Origin: Chiloscyllium plagiosum
Taxonomy: Eukaryota
Length of the DNA stretch: 35,353 nt
Reading direction: 5' to 3'
Assembly: GCF_004010195.1 (NCBI RefSeq)
Contig: NC_057756.1
Span: 9,390,592 to 9,425,944, forward strand
A program made the position numbers and the translations under genes. Positions 1-10,097 of this stretch are shown piece after piece (position 1 is the first letter of the stretch; each line of letters starts with the position of its first letter). Under the pieces are notes generated by a model. The model was not told where the DNA came from. It did not search any database and saw only the letters and a list, made by a program, of their open reading frames with translations.

Positions 1-51
1 CCCTCCCTATCTCTGTAACCCCCTCCAGCCCCTACACCCCCTCCCTATCTC

Positions 52-540
52 TGTGAGTGGGTTTGTGCATGATTATGTGCATGGATCCATGTATGAATGT
101 GTGTGAGATTGAATATGTCTGTGAGAGTGTGTGAGAGAATTGGATATGTTTGTCAGAGAGTGTAATTGTGGTTTGTGGCTTTCTTTCATATTGGAGTAAA
201 TCTTTAATACACCCTTAACAAGAAATTTTAGATTTCAGAAATTGACCTGGTTACCCATCTGACCACACATACACACACACACAGACACAAACATGTCTAC
301 AGTCTTACATCAACCCATTCACACCCATCCACACTCACAGACACACACACACACATCCCCCCATCCACACACACACACACTCACTTCTGTCCCCACACAC
401 GATTATAGTCTCACATACGTGCACTATTCACCCATCCATGTACAGACTCTCCCTCACAGATACATACACAAACCCACCCATCTACACATAGATGCACACA
501 CACACTCCGCCCCCATCCACACATGCTCCCACACATACAT
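52..540. repeat. Degenerate TG-rich (about 52-175) and CA-rich (about 262-540) low-complexity tracts
   Basis: Runs of gtgt and caca; they explain the His/Thr-rich ORF 293..574. Confidence 0.8.
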
Positions 541-1479
541 TCTTAACTTGCTCAGAAAGGCTGAGGAAGGCTGAGTAACTGTATTGGTGAAGATGGGGTC
601 CCAGACCACTGGAACAGATCCGTGACAGTCACAGACATACTCCCACACTCACTGGGGCTCTCGCTCCTGCTGGTACAGAGTCAGCAGAGAGTTTGACCAT
701 TTCCATCACTTTCTGAGAAAATGCATCTTATGCCCCCTCGAACTTACAATGACATCAGCCATTTTATACCCTGATTTTTCTTGTAAAACCATTTTGTAAA
801 GAAAATGACCAAAAGAAAAGATGTTGTCTTCAAAACTAATAAAAAAATTTAATGTTTAAAAGTCTCCTCTGCTCGTACGGAACGACCCATAGGATTCTGT
901 TGTATAAAGGATCACGAATGGTACTAGATTTTGATCTGGACTTGCCTCCACCCTGTCTAGAATGGAAATTATTTATGTAAACATGTCACACTGTCAATAC
1001 ACCTTTGAGCCAGAGGTGGCACTGTACTGGGGTTTACTATTGATTTATGAATAAAGGGGATGATTTTACACAGGGTGCAGCACTGTTCACCAGTTGAAAC
1101 CAGATGTAGCAATAGTCATAGACTCAAACAGCACAGATCAGGCTCTTCTGCCCATCTATCTACATTAATCCAACATTCCAATACTTTACGTACAGCTTTG
1201 AATGGTTTGGGGATATTGCAGTACTAGCTGAAATCACAGGACAATGGTGGAGTTAGCATTACTACAAGGGCACTTTGAGATACAAGGGACAGAGATCTGA
1301 AGCTGTCTCAGAGAATCAAGTCAGTTTGAGGTCCCGCTGAGAGTCAAAGGCCTGGCAAAAATCAGTAAAACCACAGATAGGTACCCTCCCCGGCGTGTCA
1401 AAACGTTGGGTGACATGGAGTCTGAAAGCATGGAAATGAGCCCAGAATCCAAACCACAGTTCTTGGCACCAGCATTGAA

Positions 1480-1625
1480 GGAGTTCCGCACTGTCGGAGG
1501 GTCAGTGCTGAGAGAGTGCCGCACTCGGAGGGTCAGTGCTGAGGGAGCGCCGCACAGTCGGAGGATCGGTGCTGAGGGAACGCCGCACTGTCGGAGGGTC
1601 GGTGCTGAGGGACTGCCACAGTCGG
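1480..1625 (+). repeat. Minisatellite, about 33-bp unit, about 4.5 copies
   Basis: Unit approximately gtgctgagggagtgccgcactgtcggagggtca, repeated in tandem. Confidence 0.85.
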
Positions 1626-1631
1626 AACGTC

Positions 1632-2025
1632 CATTTCTTGGGATATGAGTCGGCATTTGTTGCCTGTCCCTAGTTGCCCCCCTTGAGAAGGTGGGGTGAG
1701 CTGCCTTCTTGAACCGCTGCCCCTTGTCCTTTTAGATGGAAGTGGCCGTGGGTTTGGAAGGTGCTGCCTGAGGATCTTTGGTGAGTTCCTGCAGTGGGTC
1801 TTGTAGCTGGTACACACTGCTGTTACTGAGTGTCGGTGGGGCGAGCGAGGGGATGTTTGTGGGTGTGGGGCTGCTTTGTCCCTGGATGGTGTCGAGCTTC
1901 TTGAGTGTTGTTGGAGCTGCCCCCATCCAGGGGCAAGTGGGGAGTATTCCCTCGCCCTCCTGCCTTGTGCCTTGTCGACGGGGAGTCAGAAGGTGAGTAA
2001 CTTGCTGTAAGAATCCCAGCCTCTG
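1632..2025 (-). mobile_element. 3' fragment of a CR1/L2-group LINE (second LINE family in the window)
   Basis: Minus-strand ORF2 C-terminal remnant (WMGAAPTTLKKLDTIQ) plus a 3' UTR shared with copies at about 6158-6473(+), 12690-12956(+), 20550-20690(+) and 23143-23447(-). Confidence 0.75.
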
Positions 2026-3145
2026 TGCTTGGAGTCTTTTATGTTCCTGACCCAGTATTCATCAACACCTGATCAGACTCACACATGTGAAAGTAGCAGT
2101 GAGTGATGCAGGAGATTGTCAGAATCGAACAATTCCCAACATGAGAATCAATTTCCATCACATCTTGTTTGCAGAGATCAGAGGGATAGACGTTTTGCTT
2201 ACTTCACTCGTTTATTTAGATATGTGAAAGATTTAAACCCTTTAGCCAGTGTAAGACAGTTCCTATACAGATAAGCAGTAAATCCCCAATTACATAATAC
2301 AGAGCTAAAATCACTCTTGCTCATACATACATACCACTCCCTATCCATACAAATTACAGGTAGTCATAATATCACAGGCCGTTTGACTTTAAAATACTAT
2401 GCATTCACTTGTAGGAACCTTTTTCTGTGAAAATTAATTAATCAATCTGTGAACGACATAAACTGATAGACGAATTCTAACCCTGTAAAAATCCTGCTGA
2501 GTCGTGGGCATCTCAGGGATCAAGGCTTGGTTCATAGATTTGGGAAGAGCGTCTTCAGGTTTTATGGACAGTGACTGGGAGATGTTGGGATTGTTATCTA
2601 TGGAGCGAGCAGAGAAGGTCAAGGGGGACATTGAATCAGGACATTCAGAATCCCTGAGGGGGTTGGAGGGTTTGAATTGAGTCACCAGAGGGACACGGGA
2701 TTGATGGGAATCAGGAAAAGAACCAGAGGGGTGGGGTGGGGAGGGGAAGGGAAGAGGAAGTGGAGGAGAATTTGACCCAGTAGTTGTGAACTGGTACACA
2801 CTGCCTGGAAGGGAAGATTCAACAGGAACTTTCGGACAGCAGGGGGAAGGAATTCACAGGAATGTAGGAATAAACTGAAGCTCAGACTCAAAGCAAAATC
2901 CACTGATGTGTGGGCACATCTGGGAAAGGGAGGGACATTAAACATTCCCGCATCTTCTCTATTCTCATGAGTTTACAGTTAAGGCTCCGATGACAATGTG
3001 TGCAATACAGGAACAGAATCTCATTTGTGCCAGAGGCAGTCAAACCCACTGGAGTGGAGTCAAATATGATCCCAGATTGGGTAAAGCGGAACTATTTCCA
3101 TTATTAGAAAGGGATATCAGAGTGCAGAGTGCAGTCATCTTTATA

Positions 3146-3483
3146 CAGGTACACAATCCTTTATCCGAAACCATTGGGGCCAGCTGGTTTTCGTAATGTG
3201 GAATTTTTCAGATTTTGGAATAAGTGACGGTTTCATGGTGGAATTTTAAAAATCTTACCGAACAGCAGACGCACCTGTGAGTACTACGAGCACTGAGACA
3301 GAGTTGACATCTGCTAGTGCTGGGCCACGCTGTCACACCACACCTGAGTGACGTGGGGGGAGTGGGTGTGGAGTCGGGTTAACTGTTTGCATGCTAAACA
3401 ACCTTATTACAGAGTCAAATATTCCACAAAGAAAACTTCAGATTTTGGAGCTTTGAGATTTCGGATAAAGGATTGTGTATATG
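3146..3483. mobile_element. Non-autonomous Tc1/mariner-pogo (Tigger-like) DNA transposon / MITE
   Basis: 25-bp TIRs CAGGTACACAATCCTTTATCCGAAA (3146-3170) and its reverse complement (3459-3483, 2 mismatches), with TA on both sides (3144-45, 3484-85). Confidence 0.88.
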
Positions 3484-3552
3484 TACTATATGCTATAATA
3501 TGGCTCAACATTGAGGTGGGATCTTGACAAATGCCAAATGATACTTCGAAAT

Positions 3553-3980
3553 GGGCGGCACAGTGGCACAGAGACCCACGTTCAATTCCCGCCTCAGGCG
3601 ACCGACTGTGTGGAGTTTGCACATTCTCCCCGTGTCTGCGTGGGTTTCCTCCGGGTGCTCCGGTTTCCTCCCACAGTGCAAGAATGTGCAGGGTCAGGTG
3701 AACTGGCCATGCTAAATTGCCCATAGTGTTAGGTGCAGGGGTAGTTTGCACATTCTCCCCGTGTCTGCGTGGGTTTCCTCCGGGTGCTCCGGTTTCCTCC
3801 CACAGTGCAAGAATGTGCAGGTCAGGTGAATTGGCCATGCTAAATTGCCCATAGTGTTAGGTGCAGGGGTAAATGTAGGGGAATGGGTCTGGGTGGGTGC
3901 ACTTCGGCGGGTCGGTGTGGACTTGTTGGGCCGAAGGGCCTGTTTCCACACTGTTAAGTAATCTAATTTAATCTAATCTA
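3553..3980 (+). mobile_element. HE1-type V-SINE with internal tandem duplication
   Basis: tRNA-derived head with B-box-like GTTCAATTCC, V-domain GTGTGGAGTTTGCACATTCTCCCCGTGTCTGCGTGGGTTTCC present twice (3614-3742, 3743-3870), (TAATC)n tail. Confidence 0.9.
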
Positions 3981-5356
3981 GAAATAAAAATTGAAAAAGA
4001 TTTTCCTAGTTTTCACAGAGAATTTTGACTCTACCATCCGCCCTCCCTCCATTCCAAATCCCGTCTGATGCAAATCCCGTTTGGAGCCTGTTTGTCATGG
4101 GTTACATAACCAAGAGAAGGAACATTTTGCCAGTGAGCGTGAGCAAATCCATTTAAAACAAATCCCTGTTGCAGTAACAGCATTCAGCCAGGAGGAAGCG
4201 CTACCCTGACCATTGTGGCAGATTGGGCACAACGTGCTATTTCTGTCAATTAGCTATATAAGAAAAACCAAAGTGCGCACCCCTTGAACTACTTAAGGAA
4301 ATTAAATTGCTCCCATTACTGTCACAGCAGAAAGCAATGTGCTGAAACAAAACGAGACTCTAAATGTCAACAGAATGAAAATCAGTACAACATAAATAAC
4401 TCCATGATATCTGCAGTTATTGTAAAAAGTGCAAATCGCATGACTATAATCCAAGCGAGGTTACAACAATGATAAAAATCAAGATAATTAATTTCAAAAA
4501 TATATAAATGCAAAGACTTACAGCGTCCATTCAGGGAATCAAATCGTTCAAAGGCTTTACCACTGGCATTAAAACTAGGATAATGTGACCTGTACTCATT
4601 TTTGTAGCTGTCAATTGTGGCTGAGATTGTATTTGAAGTTCAGATCATTTGGGGAGATCCTGGGAGCAATTTCAAATTAAGACAGAAGTTCCCTGGCAGT
4701 GTATCAATATTTGACAGGGATAAGACCATAAGACATAGGTGTGGAAGTAAGGCCATTCGGCCCATCGAGTCCACTCTGCCATTCAATCATGGCTGATGGG
4801 CATTTCAACTGATGGGCGTTTCAGGGAATATCTCTGGATCCGCAGGAACATGTCAATTTTAGTTACAGGCTCATCTGAAATATCTATTGACTGAATATTT
4901 TTAATGTTTAATTTGCTTTCAAGTGAAGCGCTGTACTTAACTGCCACCAACAGAGGGGGCCACCACCATCCCCAGTGGCACCATCTGTTGGCCATGGGGT
5001 GAAATAACAGATGGGAAACTTGTCAACAATTTTGTTTTTAATGCCTGGTCCCAACTTTCCAACAAAATAATCTCAAATGTCTTCTGAGGATTCCTCACTC
5101 GCCTTCATCTAAAAGACAATCTGCAACACTGCCTCCTCTGCCAGTACACTTCATCAGAAAAAGGACACTGTAGCCTTGATAAAAATAATTGTGATTTAAC
5201 AATTTGTAAGATTTGCACAACCCCCACGATTGTGAGGCGAAAGTAGCTAAGAGATGAAAGCTATTCAAATTCCTCAGCTCGATCAACATTGTGACCACCC
5301 ACCTCGTTCTCAAAGGCTTCCTACCTGTAAAAATAAAAGACAAATATTGTGATGTT

Positions 5357-5952
5357 CACCTCATTTACTGCGTCCGTTGCTCTCGTGTGGTCTCCTTTAC
5401 ATTGGGGAGAAAGGACGCCAACTTGCCAAGCGTTTCAGGGAATATCTCTGGGTCACGCGCACCAAACAACCCCATGGCCCCATGGCTGACCACTTTAACA
5501 CCCTCCCACTCCCCCCAATGACATGCAAGTCCTGGGCCTTCTCCACCGCCAATCCAAGCCACTCGATGCCTGGAGGAAGAACGCCTCATCTTCCGACTTG
5601 GGACCCTCCAACCACATGGCATCAACATCGACTTCACCAGTTTCCTTATCTCCCCTCCCCCCACCTCATCCCAGATCCAACCCTCCAACTCAGCACCGCC
5701 CTCTTGACCTGTCCGTCTTCTTTCCCACCTATCTGCTCCACCCTCCCCACTGACCTATCACCTTCCCAGCTAACCTTGTCTCCACCCCTACAGTTATCTC
5801 TCAGCCCCCTTCCTCCTCCACATTCCTGGTGAAGGGCTAATGCCCGAAACATCAACTCTCCTGCTTCTCGGATGCTGCCTGACCTGCTGTGCTTTTCCAG
5901 CACCACACTCTCGACTTTGACTCTCCAGCATCTGCAGTCCCCACTTTCTCCT
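5357..5952 (+). mobile_element. Penelope-like retroelement 3' part (GIY-YIG endonuclease remnant plus pseudo-LTR), family A
   Basis: Frameshifted IYCVRCSR/CGLLYIGEKGRQLAKRFREYL...MADHFN GIY-YIG signature, degenerate hammerhead core CTGGTGA-A-GGGC-TAAT-GCCC-GAAA at about 5826-5849, 15-bp TSD aaatattgt(g/t)atgtt at 5342-5356 and 5953-5967. Confidence 0.88.
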
Positions 5953-6157
5953 AAATATTGTTATGTTGTATACTACTGGGACAGGGACATTGCAGTTAAC
6001 TCAGTTGGCTAGACAGCTGGTTCACAATGCAGAATTTTACTAACAGTACAGGCTCAATTCCAGTCATCAGCTGAGGTAATACAGCAACTTCCAAAGTCAA
6101 AAAGTATTGTGCTGGAAAAGCATGGCTCTGAGGAGCAGGAGGCATACTTTTCAACAA

Positions 6158-6473
6158 CGTCTCTCCAGCATCTTCCAAACCCACGGCCACTTCCATCTAG
6201 GAGAACAAGGGGCAGCAGATACATGGGGACACCACCCCCTGCAAGTTCCCCTCCACTCACTATCCCGACTTGGAAATATATCACCCGTTCCTTCCTGGGT
6301 CAGAATCCTGGAATTCCCTCCCTCAGGGACATTGTGGGTCTACCCACAGCACACGGACTGCAGAGGTTCAAGAAGGCAGCTCATCCCCACCTTCTCAAGG
6401 TGGGGGCAACAAGGGACGAGGGCGATAAATATTGGCCCAGCCAGTGGCACCCACATCCCACAAGTGAATAAAA
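6158..6473 (+). mobile_element. 3' end of the second CR1/L2-group LINE family
   Basis: cttccaaacccacggccacttccatctag ... cccacatcccacaagtgaataaaaaa, homologous to 1632-2025 and 23143-23447. Confidence 0.75.
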
Positions 6474-6606
6474 AATATTATCCAATATTTTGTCGAACAA
6501 CAGAGCGGTTGCAGTAGACATGGGGTAGCCATTCAGCCTCTTCTCCCTGCTAGCACTGCAACAATAAGTAACACTGCTACCACAGCCTTTATAATCACCA
6601 GCTCAG

Positions 6607-6808
6607 GAGGAGAAAGGGAGGGCTGCAGATGCTGGAGATCAGAGTCGAGAGTGTGGTGCTGGGAAAGCGCAGCAGGTCAGGCAACATCCGAGGAGGAGAG
6701 TCGACGTTTCGGGCATAACCCCGGGATTATTCCCGAAACATCGATTCTCCTGCTCCTCAGTTGCTGCCTGACCTGCTGTGCTTTCCCAGCAACACACTCT
6801 CCACACTG
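6607..6808. mobile_element. Fold-back (inverted pseudo-LTR) Penelope family A unit
   Basis: Arm gagagtgtggtgctgggaaagcgcagcaggtcaggcaac... and its reverse complement; 13-bp TSD atcaccag(c/t)tcag at 6594-6606 and 6809-6821. Confidence 0.85.
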
Positions 6809-7435
6809 ATCACCAGTTCAGTACAGGCAGCTGATTAAGTTTTCAAGCTACATATTAGACACGTGATAGAATTGTGAACCAAAGTCAAAATTTCCTACCC
6901 TCTTGAATAACACATTCACTTTCCTGAATCAATTACATTTTTTTGGTATTAATTGGCAATATTTCACTACCATGAGCAGTTTTTATCTTTTATTTTTAAG
7001 AAAAAAAGAAAGAAACTGGTTAACTTAAATTGTCTCCCTCCTCTATAGCTTCCCACTAATTGATGCATCATAGTTTACCTGGTTCCTCTACCTCACCACA
7101 TACCTATAGCCATGGGCATTTTAAAAAGTATATATATTATTACAAAGATTCATCTAATTTTCTCACAATAGCCTCAACTGAACCTGCCTCCTCCACATTC
7201 TCAGTCCAAGATGGCTTAGCCCTCACAGTGAGACTTGGTGGCCCTCTCAGGGAGAGATTTCTCCACTGTTTAAACATGTTCACTATAAACATGCCTCCCT
7301 CTCACTCTCAATCCTTCCACTAATGGGAACATTTCCTCTCATCTCCACTCTGTCCAGAATCATCTCCATCAAATCTCTTCTCCAGTCCCAGCTTCTCCAA
7401 CTCATTCTCGTAACTACTCATAGAACCCCTGCAGT

Positions 7436-7951
7436 TTGGAAACAGGCCCTTCAGCCCAACAGGTCGACACTGACTCTCCATAGAGTATCCCACCCAAACC
7501 CATTCCTCGACATTTTACCCCTGACTGATGCACCTAACCGGCACATCCCTGAGCACTATGGGACAATTTAGCATGGCCAATCCACCCTAACCTATACATC
7601 CCTGGGCACTATGAGACAATTTAGCATGGCCAATCCACCCTAACCTGCACATCTTTGGACTGTAGGGTGAAACTGGAGCACCCGGAGAAAATCCACCCTC
7701 TGAAGAGTAACCCACCCAGACCCATTGCCCTACCCTACATTTCCCTCTGACTAATGCAGCTAACACTATGGGACAATTTCCCATGGCCAATTCACCTGAC
7801 CTCCACATCTTTGAATTGTGGGAGGAAACCCATGCAGGCACGGGGAGAATGTGCAAACCCCACACAGACAGTCGCCCGAAGCTAGAATTGAACAGGGGTC
7901 CCTGGCGCTGGGAGGCAGCAATACTAACTGCTGAGCCACCGTGCTGCCCCA
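7436..7951 (-). mobile_element. Two tandem or nested HE1-type SINE copies, one with a 53-bp duplication
   Basis: Reverse-complement HE1 head at about 7880-7951, V-domain remnants, duplicated unit starting at 7543 and 7596. Confidence 0.8.
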
Positions 7952-9109
7952 CAGTCCCTCGTCCCAGAGACCATCCTCGTAAATATGCTTTCTTCACTGT
8001 CCCACCAAAGTTCAGTGCTCAGAACTGGACACAATATTTCAACTGAGGCTTTGTATAAAAAAACTGGCATAACCTCCTTCCTTGAAACCCGTATTTATAA
8101 AGATATGGACCTCTCATACCTGAGACAAATGGATTGATTTAACTGGAATAGCCCGAATTGAGTTACTGACAGACCCACAGAAATTACTCTCGAGTTGTAC
8201 AACACAGTCTCTTTCTCCACGCAGTCCTGCAAGGTCTTTCTTTTCCAACCAAGTTAAACCATGCAACATTCCACGACAGAGGGCTTATTATTGGTCAGGA
8301 TGTTGATCCAGATAATCGAGATTTCCACCCACATCCTTCTCTCTCCCTCACTGTTATCTCCCTGCACCTTATTTTTCTCTCTCCCCATTGACTGTCTCTT
8401 TCCTTGGCCCTCCATCCCCTCCAATAGCCACAAAAGTATCCAAACTTAACATTTCCACGTTTGTGACGCATTCCATATTTAGACCGTAAGACATAGGAGC
8501 AGAATTAGGCCATTCTGCCCATTGCTCTGCCATTTGATCATGGTTGCTGTTTTGACACAATCCCAGGTTAAAACTCCTCCCTCCTCGACTTTGCTCTCAG
8601 ACTCTACTGCTCTCGCTATCTCTGGTCTGCAGGTCCCTACATGTTTTGCTCAGATGCACAGCATATTTGATATTGAGATCGATTCAAATTTTCAGAGGGA
8701 GTTATGGGGTAAGATGGGGAAAATGGAGTCGAGCAAATCTGGAATATCGTGAGCAGTTTTGGACCCCATAGCAAATGAGGGAATACTCCCATTGGAGGGT
8801 GGGTATAGGAGGAACTTGCTAATCCCTGGAATAAGGGGTTGCCCGAAATTTACTTTAATTTGTTCAAGGGATGTGGGTGCCGCTGGCTAAGCAAAAATTT
8901 ATTGCCCATCACCAAGTGATAAGATGTTAGTGAGCTGTTTTCTTGAACCGTTGGAGATGCGGAATAAATGGAGCTGAAATTCTCTGGAATACTTTGGAAG
9001 AGTGACAGGCAACTTCATCGAGACAGACAAGATTCCAAAGGAGCTTGACAGGGTGGACGTGGAGAGACCATTTCCCTGCGGTCCAGGGAACACGGCTTAA
9101 AGTCTCAGG

Positions 9110-9380
9110 GTGAGGTGGTGGCCATCTTGGACAGAGGGGGCGGTGGCAGCCATCTTGGATAGAGGGAACTGAGTGTGGTGTTGGCCATCTTGCTCAGAGG
9201 GGCGGTTTCGGCCACCTTGTACAAAGGGGAGTGTCAGCTATCTTGGACTGACGTGACTGAATGTGGTGCTGGCCATCTTGGACTGAGTGAAGTGGTGGCT
9301 ATCTCAGACCGAGGTGACTATGTGGTGTCAGTCATCTAGGACCGAGGGGACATGTAGGCCTCTCGGACTGAGGGGAGGGG
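9110..9380 (+). repeat. Minisatellite of about 30 bp (core ggccatcttggac), about 8-9 degenerate copies, inside a CR1 fragment
   Basis: Cores at about 9121, 9149, 9183, 9211, 9237, 9271, 9298 and 9330, with CR1-like sequence on both sides. Confidence 0.75.
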
Positions 9381-9517
9381 CCTCGGTAGGTTCAGAATCT
9401 TTGGAATTTGCTCCCTCAAGGATTGTAGGTGCTCCATCAAGGCTGGTATTTCCGATCACCCAGGAAACGTTGGGAGCCAGAGAGAAAGTGGAGTTTTATC
9501 AGCTTTCGTTAAAAAAA

Positions 9518-9835
9518 TTCATGCATGCAAGGTGGGTGTTGCTGACTAGGGCCAGTATTTCCTGCCCATCCTAAATTATCATATAGGGGGATTGTGGACC
9601 AAGCACGTTGCCGTCGGTCTGGAACCAAACTAAGAGGACAGATCTCCTTCACTGAAAGGAAACTAGCGAACATTCACGACAAAGCAATAATGGTCGCCAT
9701 CAGGGCAACTTTTCAATTGTACTGAATTCAAATTTCACCATCTGCTGTGGTTGGATTTGAATCCTTGAAACCAGAACATTAGACTGGGATTCTGGATTGA
9801 TATCCCAGTCAGTGCACCATTATGTCACGACCGCC
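9518..9835 (-). mobile_element. tRNA-derived SINE sharing the 3' tail of the second LINE family
   Basis: Homologous to 17395-17715(-) and about 19345-19608(+); B-box-like ggattcaaatcc on the minus strand; LINE-like tail. Confidence 0.6.
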
Positions 9836-10006
9836 CCATGGAAAGCTATGAATGGATAGTACAGCGAGGAGAACTCGAGAGGCCGAATGGTCAGCGCTTG
9901 CCCTTACTGTCTTCCCTGATCTCCCCACTGTCATCAGCACCTCCTTTCCCTGCTCCAACCAACATGGGGAAGGGTATTAGAATGAGAAATGTACCTGGTT
10001 AGCGAT

Positions 10007-10097
10007 TCACATGACCAGAGGAACAGAGTCAGTCACACAGTAGGGAATGGATGAGTCACTCCCCTTCCAGATAGGGGTCTTGCTGACCTGGTTGTCC
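10007..10097 (-). CDS. IgSF gene exon 7 (cytoplasmic tail and stop)
   Basis: Long pyrimidine tract ending ctttgtgcag, phase 2 compatible with exon 6. Encodes (L)[29 protein letters not shown] then TGA. Confidence 0.85.

Noticed and set aside
293..574. His/Thr-rich 93-aa ORF
   Set aside because: Translation of CA-rich low-complexity sequence.
1406..1648. ORF with repeated peptide units, and a superficially CRISPR-like periodic array
   Set aside because: Head-to-tail minisatellite with no unique spacers, in eukaryotic context with no cas genes.
3553..3600. tRNA-like A/B boxes (also at 14256, 14817, 17155 and 33784)
   Set aside because: These are SINE heads, not tRNA genes; they continue into SINE bodies and no full cloverleaf is evident.
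4055..4080. Octamer ATGCAAAT (4068-4075) overlapping a caaatcccgt direct repeat
   Set aside because: One 8-mer is unremarkable in 35 kb, and there is no adjacent V-gene leader or snRNA gene.
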